A stretch of DNA of 64,000 bases from Nibricoccus sp. (GCA_047602425.1 JASGHG010000001.1:5094925-5158924), one strand, 5' to 3'. Shown: positions 40,543 to 49,360, counted from the first letter of the stretch. The notes: generated from the sequence alone by a model not told the origin. Made by a program: numbers and translations.

Positions 40543-41808
40543 ATGATAACGAACAAAGCACTTAATGGCAGAACGCACTCCGGGCAACCGGAAACTCGCT
40601 GGGATATCGCCGTCGACGTCGGGCAAAAAGCACTGGACTGGTACGGTGAACTCGGGGCCCAGGCGCACCAAGGCCATATCGCCAATCGCAATGAGGCCAT
40701 CCTCTCGTGGCTGGAACAACTCAACACCCACGCCCGCCAGCACGGCCTTGGCGGCGTGCGCATCCTCTGCGAACCCACCGGCGGATACGAACGGCGCCTG
40801 CTGCGCGCGGCCCGCCAACTCGGCTGCGCCACCGCTCTGGTCAACGGCGAAGCCGTCCACCAGATGCAAGTGGTCGAGAACAACGATACCGGCAAAAGCG
40901 ACATCAAAGATCCCCGCACGATTTTACTATTGGCCAAGTGGAACAAAACCCTGACCGATCGTCCCCTCCAAGGCGAGTGGCTGCTCCTGCGCGAACTCAA
41001 CGCCCGCTACGACCGGCTCGAACGCGACTCCACCCGCTGTAAAAACAGGATTCATAAACTGCTCCTCTCGCTCTTCCCCGAATTGAGCTTTAAAAACGAC
41101 TGGCTCTTCGAAGGCCGCGCCGCCCAAGCCACGATCGCACTCTACGGCCTGAACGCCGCCGCGATCCTCGCCGACGGCCTGGAACACTGCACCGCCAAAC
41201 TGCGCAACCACCACGTTGGCCCAAAGACCATCCAGCGACTCTTTGCCGATGCCCAGCGCTGCGCCCTGATCGACTCCGACCCCGACTGGCTGGCCCTGCT
41301 CGCCGAGGACCTGCGCGCCCTCTTTGCCGAACTCACCGTGCTGCGCACCCGCCGAACCAACACCCGCCAGCAAATGATCGCCCTGGTCGAACGCCTGCGC
41401 GCCCGCGGCGCCACCCGCCTGCAAGCCCATCCCGACCTGATCAGCCCCTTCATGCTCGCCCGTGTCCTCGCCGAGACCGGACCGCTCCGGGACTTTGCCC
41501 ACGTGCGCCAACTCTGGCGCTACGGCGGGCTCAACCTGCGGCCCCGCCAAAGCGGCACCATGCAAGGCCAACTCCGCCAAGCCAAACGCGGCCGCGCCCG
41601 CCTGCGCCACGTCCTCGCCCAAGCCGTCCTCAAACGCGTCGTGCACGGACAACTCTACGGGCAATACTACCACGCCAAACGCGACACCGGCATGTGCGGC
41701 GGCAAAGCCATGACCGCGGTCGCCCGCAAGTTCCTCAAACTGCTCCACGGCCTGGAACGCTCGCCCCAACCCTTCGACCCGAAGCGCGTTTTCCGCTCCG
41801 CCGCCTAA
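40543..41808 (+). CDS. IS110 DEDD recombinase/transposase
   Basis: One amino-acid difference from copy 1 (LEHC vs LERC). Confidence 0.95.
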   Translation: MITNKALNGRTHSGQPETRWDIAVDVGQKALDWYGELGAQAHQGHIANRNEAILSWLEQLNTHARQHGLGGVRILCEPTGGYERRLLRAARQLGCATALVNGEAVHQMQVVENNDTGKSDIKDPRTILLLAKWNKTLTDRPLQGEWLLLRELNARYDRLERDSTRCKNRIHKLLLSLFPELSFKNDWLFEGRAAQATIALYGLNAAAILADGLEHCTAKLRNHHVGPKTIQRLFADAQRCALIDSDPDWLALLAEDLRALFAELTVLRTRRTNTRQQMIALVERLRARGATRLQAHPDLISPFMLARVLAETGPLRDFAHVRQLWRYGGLNLRPRQSGTMQGQLRQAKRGRARLRHVLAQAVLKRVVHGQLYGQYYHAKRDTGMCGGKAMTAVARKFLKLLHGLERSPQPFDPKRVFRSAA

Positions 41809-41852
41809 ACCACTTCCTTGATCTATTTTAGCCGACATTAACTTTTGCTTTT

Positions 41853-42026
41853 CCGGGAAACCCGCCGCTTGAGGGCCACCAGGCGTTCCGCACAGCCTCG
41901 CTGATGCTCAACTGTATGTTTTAAAGCCCCGACGGCGGGCCTCCCGGTCTTACCGCCCTTTAAGTATCGTCCGGGCCAGCCCTCAAAAGCTGGACCAACT
42001 CATGGGGATCGTCGCGGAGGACCGGG
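41853..42026 (+). ncRNA. Predicted bridge RNA of IS-A copy 2
   Basis: Guides ACCAGGCGTT 41878-87, CTGTAT 41912-17, TAAGTATCGT 41961-70, GGGGAT 42004-09. Confidence 0.75.
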
Positions 42027-42180
42027 CTCCTGGTTAAAGCGCCAAAACCATATCCATCTCATGTAACCAAAACCACCTGCTACATCCTGCCCCCGGGGCT
42101 CGTCCTCCGACGAGCTGGAGGCCCATTCTCGGACTCGCCCCTCTCCCCCCTGACTGCAAAATCAAACTTACCCCTTGATT

Positions 42181-42573
42181 TTACCTAAAGGGGAGCGCCT
42201 GGTTAGGCGTATTTTCAAAATGCCCTAAATATACCGTCAACGGTCCGCTGCCAGACGTGATGACGATTGTTTGGTGCTCGTCTTCCAATACTTCGCGCGT
42301 GCCATCAGATTCAACTTTCAAGCCAACTTCTGTCTTCTCGCAGCCGGAGATAATAAACACGAATTTCCCTTCCGAACTTTGCTTGAGAAAGTCGCGCACC
42401 ACTTCTTGGTCTCGGCAACACTGTCTGATTTCTTTCTCTGTCAGTGGGCCGACAAACGGCCTACCATTTGCAACTTCTTTGGCTACCCGCACACGAGCAG
42501 CTTCCGCTCTTTCTTTCTGACTCAATCCGCACGCCGACAAGAGCACGCAAAGTAACAAGATAAGCCGGATCAT
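42181..42573 (-). CDS. Cassette 14, lipoprotein; stop now supplied by the IS-A end
   Basis: MIRLILLLCVLLSAC lipobox. Confidence 0.75.
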   Translation of the reverse strand: MIRLILLLCVLLSACGLSQKERAEAARVRVAKEVANGRPFVGPLTEKEIRQCCRDQEVVRDFLKQSSEGKFVFIISGCEKTEVGLKVESDGTREVLEDEHQTIVITSGSGPLTVYLGHFENTPNQALPFR

Positions 42574-42738
42574 ATTTGGCCTAGACACTATAGCTGCGTG
42601 CGCGACGCAGGCGTTAAAATAGACGAAGGTGCTTGTCCCCTGGAACGCGGGTTACTCCGGGTTGCCCTGGAGCCTATCCGCAAGGAGGAAGGAGTCGTGT
42701 TAGCAACCACCAAAACCACCTGGAAAGGAGACAAGCAC

Positions 42739-43851
42739 ATGAAAACGACAGATAAATATATTGGGTTAGATGTCCACAAAGATACGATCACGGTAGCCAT
42801 CGCCGAAGGCGTCCGTCTGGGCGAAGTTCGCCAGTACGGGAAGATCTCGAACGACCTGCATTCGTTGGAAAAACTCCTGCCCCGCCTCGGCGGCGAAAAA
42901 GTCCGGCTGCACTTTGTTTACGAAGCCGGTCCGACCGGCTTTGTGATCCACCGCTGGCTCTTGAAGCGCAACATCGATTCCATCGTGGTCGCACCTTCGA
43001 AGACCCCCACCGAAAAAGGCGGGCGTCAAAAGACCGACCGGCGCGATGCCGAACAACTCGCCAGGTTGCACCGAGCCGGCGAGCTCAAGGCCATCCACGT
43101 GCCCGACGAACTCGACGAAGCCATCCGCGATCTCACCCGGGCTCGCTCCGACGCGGTCGACGATCTGCGCCGGGCCAAGCAACGCCTCAAATCCTTCCTC
43201 CTGCGCCACGGTTACAAGTACCAGGGGAAGGCCGACTGGTCCGACGCTCACCGACGTTACCTCAGGGAACTGGTTTTGCCCATCGCTTCGCAAAAAGCCG
43301 TGCTCGAGGAATGCCTCATGGCCATCACCGATGCGACCCACCGCCTCCAGCGCTTCGACGACCTGATCGCCGCCCAGGTGCCCCAGTGGCGCATGTACCC
43401 GGCGGTCCAGGCGCTCATGTGCCTGCGCGGCTTCCAACTGACCGCTGCCACGATCCTCGTCGCCGAACTTGGCGATGTAAGAAGGTTCGAGCACCCCCGC
43501 CACCTCATGGGCTACCTCGGCCTCGTGCCCAAAGAGCAAACCACCGGCGAGAGTCGCCATCTGGGCTCCATCACCAAGGCCGGCAACTGCCACGCCCGTT
43601 GGATCCTGATCGAAGCGGTGCAATCGAGCTTCCTGCCGCCCAAAGTCTCCTCGCCGTTGTCCACCCGCCAGCAAGGACAACCCAAGCTCTACCGCGACCT
43701 CGCCTGGAAAACCCAGGTCCGCTTGTATAAACGGGGACGACATCTGCTCAGTCGCGGCCTGATGAAGCAAAAGATCATCGTCGCCCTCGCACGTGAACTT
43801 TCCGGCTTCGTCTGGGATCTGCTCCGACAGGTGCCGGAGCCCAAAAACTGA
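42739..43851 (+). CDS. IS110 DEDD recombinase/transposase (second type)
   Basis: IGLDVHKD, YEAGPTG, KTDRRDA, YLGLVPKEQTTG, ITKAGN; AAGGAG SD. Confidence 0.95.
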   Translation: MKTTDKYIGLDVHKDTITVAIAEGVRLGEVRQYGKISNDLHSLEKLLPRLGGEKVRLHFVYEAGPTGFVIHRWLLKRNIDSIVVAPSKTPTEKGGRQKTDRRDAEQLARLHRAGELKAIHVPDELDEAIRDLTRARSDAVDDLRRAKQRLKSFLLRHGYKYQGKADWSDAHRRYLRELVLPIASQKAVLEECLMAITDATHRLQRFDDLIAAQVPQWRMYPAVQALMCLRGFQLTAATILVAELGDVRRFEHPRHLMGYLGLVPKEQTTGESRHLGSITKAGNCHARWILIEAVQSSFLPPKVSSPLSTRQQGQPKLYRDLAWKTQVRLYKRGRHLLSRGLMKQKIIVALARELSGFVWDLLRQVPEPKN

Positions 43852-43935
43852 ACAAGACCGATTGCTTAGCACTATGATTTAGTTCTTTGTCAGAGCCGTC
43901 CAACAGGGCGGCAGTTGTCAGGGACCGGGCACCGA

Positions 43936-44054
43936 GCCCATGCACGTTAACGTTACGAGCAACGACGACCCCGCGTCACCGTCACGCTCGAGCCTAGAGT
44001 CTGCGGGCAAGACGCACCATTGTCTGGTCGGTACCCGATCCACGAATATCAGCT
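43936..44054 (+). ncRNA. Predicted bridge RNA of IS-B (3'-truncated)
   Basis: Target loop GTTAACGTTA / GCCTAG around a cgagc:gctcg stem; donor loop CATTGTCTG / ATATCAG. Confidence 0.65.
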
Positions 44055-44337
44055 CGACCAACCGACCCTCGCGCTCCCAAAGATGAATGCCGATCTTCTG
44101 TCCATCACGAGTCAAACCGATGTGATCGGCGATTTGATACTTCGGCTCTTTCTTCTTTTGCGGCTCGGGCTCAAACATGACCGTCGGGCATTTGCCGCAA
44201 CCGCAGCGGGCTAAAACATGAAGCGCATCGACTTCACTCGAGCGCGAGGAATCAACGTCCGCAAGAAGTCGTACGACTATCGCCCGCTCTTCTTTCGTGA
44301 GCTCTCTGTCGGCGGGAATGCTATACGGGAAACTCAT
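44050..44337 (-). pseudogene. Cassette 13, 3'-truncated ORF (CGCGKCPT motif) fused to IS-B sequence
   Basis: ATG follows an R' box; after GRLVEL the frame runs into IS-B non-coding DNA to 43918; attC missing. Confidence 0.65.
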
Positions 44338-44527
44338 CTTATTTTGCCCAACGATCTCTGGTCAGCCACGCCGAGCTGGCGACTCGAAATTTGAAACGGA
44401 CCCCGTCGAGGCGTTGCGCTGTATGCTACTAATAGGCGGATGAGGTAACATAAGGGGCGGCCCCGGCACGGACTAGACGGTGACAAGCACGTAACCGGCA
44501 CTCCTTAGCCGGAGCCGCAATCTAACC

Positions 44528-45793
44528 ATGATAACGAACAAAGCACTTAATGGCAGAACGCACTCCGGGCAACCGGAAACTCGCTGGGATATCGCCGTCG
44601 ACGTTGGGCAAAAAGCACTGGACTGGTACGGTGAACTCGGGGCCCAGGCGCACCAAGGCCATATCGCCAATCGCAATGAGGCCATCCTCTCATGGCTGGA
44701 ACAACTCAACACCCACGCCCGCCAGCACGGCCTTGGCGGCGTGCGCATCCTCTGCGAACCCACCGGCGGATACGAACGGCGCCTGCTGCGCGCGGCCCGC
44801 CAACTCGGCTGCGCCACCGCCTTGGTCAACGGCGAAGCCGTCCACCAGATGCAAGTGGTCGAGAACAACGATACCGGCAAAAGCGACATCAAAGATCCCC
44901 GCACGATTTTACTATTGGCCAAATGGAACAAAACCCTGACCGATCGTCCCCTCCAAGGCGAGTGGCTGCTCCTGCGCGAACTCAACGCCCGCTACGACCG
45001 GCTCGAACGCGACTCCACCCGCTGTAAAAACAGGATTCATAAACTGCTCCTCTCGCTCTTCCCCGAATTGAGCTTTAAAAACGACTGGCTCTTCGAAGGC
45101 CGCGCCGCCCAAGCCACGATCGCACTCTACGGCCTGAACGCCGCCGCGATCCTCGCCGACGGCCTGGAACGCTGCACCGCCAAACTGCGCAACCACCACG
45201 TTGGCCCAAAGACCATCCAGCGACTCTTCGCCGACGCCCAGCGCTGCGCCCTGATCGACTCCGACCCCGACTGGCTGGCCCTGCTCGCCGAGGACCTGCG
45301 CGCCCTCTTTGCCGAACTCACCGTGCTGCGCACCCGCCGAACCAACACCCGCCAGCAAATGATCGCCCTGGTCGAACGCCTGCGCGCCCGCGGCGCCACC
45401 CGCCTGCAAGCCCATCCCGACCTGATCAGCCCCTTCATGCTCGCCCGTGTCCTCGCCGAGACCGGACCGCTCCGGGACTTTGCCCACGTGCGCCAACTCT
45501 GGCGCTACGGCGGGCTCAACCTGCGGCCCCGCCAAAGCGGCACCATGCAAGGCCAACTCCGCCAAGCCAAACGCGGCCGCGCCCGCCTGCGCCACGTCCT
45601 CGCCCAAGCCGTCCTCAAACGCGTCGTGCACGGACAACTCTACGGGCAATACTACCACGCCAAACGCGACACCGGCATGTGCGGCGGCAAAGCCATGACC
45701 GCGGTCGCCCGCAAGTTCCTCAAACTGCTCCACGGCCTTGAACGCTCGCCCCAACCCTTCGACCCGAAGCGCGTTTTCCGCTCCGCCGCCTAA
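44528..45793 (+). CDS. IS110 DEDD recombinase/transposase
   Basis: Protein matches copy 1. Confidence 0.95.
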   Translation: MITNKALNGRTHSGQPETRWDIAVDVGQKALDWYGELGAQAHQGHIANRNEAILSWLEQLNTHARQHGLGGVRILCEPTGGYERRLLRAARQLGCATALVNGEAVHQMQVVENNDTGKSDIKDPRTILLLAKWNKTLTDRPLQGEWLLLRELNARYDRLERDSTRCKNRIHKLLLSLFPELSFKNDWLFEGRAAQATIALYGLNAAAILADGLERCTAKLRNHHVGPKTIQRLFADAQRCALIDSDPDWLALLAEDLRALFAELTVLRTRRTNTRQQMIALVERLRARGATRLQAHPDLISPFMLARVLAETGPLRDFAHVRQLWRYGGLNLRPRQSGTMQGQLRQAKRGRARLRHVLAQAVLKRVVHGQLYGQYYHAKRDTGMCGGKAMTAVARKFLKLLHGLERSPQPFDPKRVFRSAA

Positions 45794-45837
45794 ACCACTT
45801 CCTTGATCTATTTTAGCCGACATTAACTTTTGCTTTT

Positions 45838-46011
45838 CCGGGAAACCCGCCGCTTGAGGGCCACCAGCCGTTCCGCACAGCCTCGCTGATGCTCAACTGT
45901 ATGTTTTAAAGCCCCGACGGCGGGCCTCCCGGTCTTACCGCCCTTTAAGTATCGTCCGGGCCAGCCCTCAAAAGCTGGACCAACTCATGGGGATCGTCGC
46001 GGAGGACCGGG
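45838..46011 (+). ncRNA. Predicted bridge RNA of IS-A copy 3
   Basis: Guides ACCAGCCGTT 45863-72 and GGGGAT 45989-94. Confidence 0.75.
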
Positions 46012-46201
46012 CTCCTGGTTAAAGCGCCAAAACCATATCCATCTCATGTAACCAAAACCACCTGCTACATCCTGCCCCCCGGGGCTCGTCCTCCGACGAG
46101 CTGGAGGCCCATTCTCGGACTCGCCCCTCTCCCCCCTGACGGCAAAATCAAACTTACCCCTTGATTTTACCTAAAGGGGAGCGCCTGGTTGGGCTCCGTT
46201 T

Positions 46202-46495
46202 TCATTCCTGTGAGAAAACCTTTTTAAACCAATACGCTTCAGGAGCACAAAACCATGACCGATTTCTTTCCGTAACGAAAGGCGCAAGCTGGCGTAAATC
46301 GACCTCGTAGCGAAAAAACAGGCCCAGCAACTCGCGAAGCGCTTTGTCTGATAATCGTGAGGCGACGGACAAAAACAAATCTGACCCGCGACCTTCAATC
46401 TTCTTCACGGCGGCAATCTTCTTCAACGCATCAAAGAACATCTCTTCGTCGAGCTGCGAGTAGAACGACATTTCGTGGCACTTAAGGACGGTCAT
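46202..46495 (-). CDS. Cassette 12, hypothetical protein
   Basis: 97-aa ORF filling the inter-attC space. Confidence 0.8.
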   Translation of the reverse strand: MTVLKCHEMSFYSQLDEEMFFDALKKIAAVKKIEGRGSDLFLSVASRLSDKALRELLGLFFRYEVDLRQLAPFVTERNRSWFCAPEAYWFKKVFSQE

Positions 46496-46502
46496 TTATT
46501 TT

Positions 46503-46596
46503 GCCCAACGTTACAGGTCAGCCACGCCGTACTGGCGGGCAGGGATTAAAAGGACGGACGTAGTCATAGGCGTTGCGCTGTAGCGACTGGTTAGCC
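46503..46596 (-). other. attC11 (duplicate of attC7)
   Basis: GGCTAAC...GTTGGGC. Confidence 0.9.
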
Positions 46597-46600
46597 CTCT

Positions 46601-46912
46601 TCAATACGCGCCTCCTTTTGGCACGCGACCTTCGCTATCGGGAAACTTTCCTGAGGCAATCGTCTTCGCTTTATGTGGGAACGGATAAACGTCGATTGCG
46701 TCACCAGGCCGCACTTCCTTCTTCAAGTACTCTTCGAACATCTCGAAATCGTAAAATGCGAGCGGCGTCGGCGCGCGGCCACCATAGTAATGCCAATGCT
46801 CAACCGCGATATTGCCAACATCGTCAAGGTGCTTCCGCACGGCCTCCAAATTTCCGTGGCTGAGAATATTCTCTCCGTCCGTGCTCCAGACTGGTTGAGT
46901 ACCGTGCGTCAT
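46601..46912 (-). CDS. Cassette 11, hypothetical protein (duplicate of cassette 7)
   Basis: MTHGTQPVW...PKGGAY. Confidence 0.8.
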   Translation of the reverse strand: MTHGTQPVWSTDGENILSHGNLEAVRKHLDDVGNIAVEHWHYYGGRAPTPLAFYDFEMFEEYLKKEVRPGDAIDVYPFPHKAKTIASGKFPDSEGRVPKGGAY

Positions 46913-46920
46913 CTTATTTT

Positions 46921-47019
46921 GGCTAACGTTATAGGTGAGCCACGCCTGTGCTCGGCGCGACGGCTGCTCCGCAGCTGGCGTGACGAGCATAGGCGTTGTG
47001 CTCTAGCGCCTGGTTAGCC
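46921..47019 (-). other. attC10 (duplicate of attC6)
   Basis: GGCTAAC...GTTAGCC. Confidence 0.9.
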
Positions 47020-47349
47020 TCCGTTTTCATCTGTCGAAAGCTCACTAACGGGAATGCATCGCGATGAATACACGATTCGATATCGGGCTCCGATTTCCTC
47101 GGCCAACGCCAAACAAAGCCGCCGGCCTTCAGTATCGAATCTTTCTTCCTCTTCGGCGGACCAACTCGTAGCAGCTGGATCACTGACGTTGAGATGTGAA
47201 TCGTACGTAGCCGACCAATTTTCGAGCGCCTGAGCTAAGCGATCAGAAACCCCAAGCTCGCGTGGCTCAATATTTCCAGGCGGCCCCTCATGACGCCAAA
47301 TCGGCCAGCAACCATAATCGGCCATGAGCTTGAGCGCAGGTTTCGGCAT
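47014..47349 (-). CDS. Cassette 10, hypothetical protein (duplicate of cassette 6)
   Basis: LMADYGCWPIW; stop inside the R'' box. Confidence 0.8.
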   Translation of the reverse strand: MPKPALKLMADYGCWPIWRHEGPPGNIEPRELGVSDRLAQALENWSATYDSHLNVSDPAATSWSAEEEERFDTEGRRLCLALAEEIGARYRIVYSSRCIPVSELSTDENGG

Positions 47350-47359
47350 ATTTCTCTTC

Positions 47360-47458
47360 GGCTAACGTTAACGGTGAGCCATGACTATGGCCGGCATGAC
47401 TCGTGCCTCGCACGAGGCATGACGGACATAGGCATTGCGCTCTAGCAGCTGGTTCGGC
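47360..47458 (-). other. attC9 (duplicate of attC2)
   Basis: GCCGAAC...GTTAGCC. Confidence 0.9.
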
Positions 47459-47462
47459 GTCT

Positions 47463-47837
47463 TCATGACCATATCTTCCACCATGGTTTCTTCGGTGCGC
47501 CAAAAATATGGCATGTCGCGATGCGCGCTTCGGGCGGCAAATCAGCGCTAGCGAAGGGCAAAATGTCCATGAAAGTGCCAGTAGGCAGAAGGAGCTTCAT
47601 CTTACTAATGAGATCCTGCATTACTTCCGGAATTTCTTCTCTACCGCCTACGCCCACGACAAGCACTTGGCGCGCTTCGGCATCACCCTCGATATAAGTC
47701 TGCGGAACGTAAGCTTCAAAAATACCGGGGACCTGCGCGACGACCTGTCCAAGGGCGTCCATCTGTACCTCAGGCATCGGCTTCGATGGCGCACCAAAAA
47801 ACATCTTAGCTCCGACGGGAAGTGTTCGCTCACTCAT
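47463..47837 (-). CDS. Cassette 9, SseB C-terminal-like protein (duplicate of cassette 2)
   Basis: FGAPSKP...PGIFEAY...VLVVG...MDILP; KKPWWKIW tail. Confidence 0.7.
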   Translation of the reverse strand: MSERTLPVGAKMFFGAPSKPMPEVQMDALGQVVAQVPGIFEAYVPQTYIEGDAEARQVLVVGVGGREEIPEVMQDLISKMKLLLPTGTFMDILPFASADLPPEARIATCHIFGAPKKPWWKIWS

Positions 47838-47842
47838 ATTTT

Positions 47843-47941
47843 GCCGAACGTTACAGGTGTGCCGCGCCTGTGGCCGGCGCGACCGGTGCGCCAGCAGCGG
47901 GCGTGACGGACATAGGCGTTGGCACTAGCGCCTGGTTCGCC
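47843..47941 (-). other. attC8
   Basis: GGCGAAC...GTTCGGC. Confidence 0.9.
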
Positions 47942-48384
47942 GGTTTAAGAAGTTCTCGCTCCACACTCATCCCATCATCTTTTTCTTTGGAATCTAACAG
48001 ATAAACAACAGCCACTTTACTCAGTCCAAAACTCGAAATATCCAGTTCGAATATCTGCCCGACGCGATACGGCTCGATTTTCGATCCACCTGGCGCGCTC
48101 GCAACAAATATATGCCATTTCTTTCCTTTATAGTCGGCAGGAGATAGCACTTCGAACTCCAAACGGTCATAGAGCTTCTTGGCTTCTTCGCCGTAGGAAC
48201 TAACCGCCTTATATTCCAGCTGACCTCCGACAATCTTTACGATCAACTTCCGATTTTCCTTTTCACCCGTATTCGCAAGCTTAGCGAAATCGACCTCGGG
48301 AGTCACAGCTTCTGCTTGGTCTGAGGCCGTGAGCAAACCGGAAGACAGAAAACTGACAACAAGAACCAAGGATAGAATCTTCAT
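47851..48384 (-). CDS. Cassette 8, exported protein reading through nearly all of attC8
   Basis: Signal peptide; C-terminus NQALVPT...AAHL is attC-encoded. Confidence 0.8.
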   Translation of the reverse strand: MKILSLVLVVSFLSSGLLTASDQAEAVTPEVDFAKLANTGEKENRKLIVKIVGGQLEYKAVSSYGEEAKKLYDRLEFEVLSPADYKGKKWHIFVASAPGGSKIEPYRVGQIFELDISSFGLSKVAVVYLLDSKEKDDGMSVERELLKPANQALVPTPMSVTPAAGAPVAPATGAAHL

Positions 48385-48389
48385 TTTTT

Positions 48390-48483
48390 GGCGAACGTTA
48401 CAGGTCAGCCACGCCGTACTGGCGGGCAGGGATTAAAAGGACGGACGTAGTCATAGGCGTTGCGCTGTAGCGACTGGTTAGCC
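48390..48483 (-). other. attC7
   Basis: GGCTAAC...GTTCGCC. Confidence 0.9.
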
Positions 48484-48487
48484 CTCT

Positions 48488-48799
48488 TCAATACGCGCCT
48501 CCTTTTGGCACGCGACCTTCGCTATCGGGAAACTTTCCTGAGGCAATCGTCTTCGCTTTATGTGGGAACGGATAAACGTCGATTGCGTCACCAGGCCGCA
48601 CTTCCTTCTTCAAGTACTCTTCGAACATCTCGAAATCGTAAAATGCGAGCGGCGTCGGCGCGCGGTCACCATAGTAATGCCAATGCTCAACCGCGATATT
48701 GCCAACATCGTCAAGGTGCTTCCGCACGGCCTCCAAATTTCCGTGGCTGAGAATATTCTCTCCGTCCGTGCTCCAGACTGGTTGAGTACCGTGCGTCAT
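48488..48799 (-). CDS. Cassette 7, hypothetical protein
   Basis: One amino-acid difference (D/G) from cassette 11. Confidence 0.8.
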   Translation of the reverse strand: MTHGTQPVWSTDGENILSHGNLEAVRKHLDDVGNIAVEHWHYYGDRAPTPLAFYDFEMFEEYLKKEVRPGDAIDVYPFPHKAKTIASGKFPDSEGRVPKGGAY

Positions 48800-48807
48800 C
48801 TTATTTT

Positions 48808-48906
48808 GGCTAACGTTATAGGTGAGCCACGCCTGTGCTCGGCGCGACGGCTGCTCCGCAGCTGGCGTGACGAGCATAGGCGTTGTGCTCTAGCGCCTGG
48901 TTAGCC
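48808..48906 (-). other. attC6
   Basis: GGCTAAC...GTTAGCC. Confidence 0.9.
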
Positions 48907-49236
48907 TCCGTTTTCATCTGTCGAAAGCTCACTAACGGGAATGCATCGCGATGAATACACGATTCGATATCGGGCTCCGATTTCCTCGGCCAACGCCAAA
49001 CAAAGCCGCCGGCCTTCAGTATCGAATCTTTCTTCCTCTTCGGCGGACCAACTCGTAGCAGCTGGATCACTGACGTTGAGATGTGAATCGTACGTAGCCG
49101 ACCAATTTTCGAGCGCCTGAGCTAAGCGATCAGAAACCCCAAGCTCGCGTGGCTCAATATTTCCAGGCGGCCCCTCATGACGCCAAATCGGCCAGCAACC
49201 ATAATCGGCCATGAGCTTGAGCGCAGGTTTCGGCAT
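48901..49236 (-). CDS. Cassette 6, hypothetical protein
   Basis: Same protein as cassette 10. Confidence 0.8.
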   Translation of the reverse strand: MPKPALKLMADYGCWPIWRHEGPPGNIEPRELGVSDRLAQALENWSATYDSHLNVSDPAATSWSAEEEERFDTEGRRLCLALAEEIGARYRIVYSSRCIPVSELSTDENGG

Positions 49237-49246
49237 ATTTCTCTTC

Positions 49247-49333
49247 GGCTAACGTCAAAGGTGAGCCAACGGCGCCAGCGACGCTGCCGCAGCAGGAGGG
49301 ATTATAGCCGTTGGCTCTGACGCCTTGTTCGGC
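49247..49333 (-). other. attC5
   Basis: GCCGAAC...GTTAGCC; same subtype as attC17. Confidence 0.9.
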
Positions 49334-49360
49334 CTTTTCTTTCTCGGTGTGCAAATCATT

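Larger units (their letters stand above)
40438..42194 (+). mobile_element. IS-A copy 2 (1757 bp, variant left end and guide)
   Basis: Near-identical to copy 1, same ends. Confidence 0.95.
40358..42208 (-). other. attC14 split by IS-A copy 2 (40358-40437 + 42195-42208)
   Basis: Restored ...gcgctgta-gcgcctggttaggc. Confidence 0.9.
42584..44054 (+). mobile_element. IS110-family element IS-B inserted in an attC R' box; right end apparently deleted
   Basis: Left junction ggccta|gacac interrupts the expected gcctaac; no attC remainder on the right. Right coordinate approximate. Confidence 0.8.
44424..46180 (+). mobile_element. IS-A copy 3 (1757 bp)
   Basis: Same ends as copies 1 and 2. Confidence 0.95.
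44346..46194 (-). other. attC12 split by IS-A copy 3 (44346-44423 + 46181-46194)
   Basis: Restored ...gcgctgta-gcgcctggttgggc. Confidence 0.9.

Noticed and set aside
46601..46990. Extended cassette starts from the ORF track (e.g. 46990, 39465, 39823, 38954, 36754)
   Set aside because: The extensions translate upstream attC or IS DNA; the likely ATGs follow the R' box.
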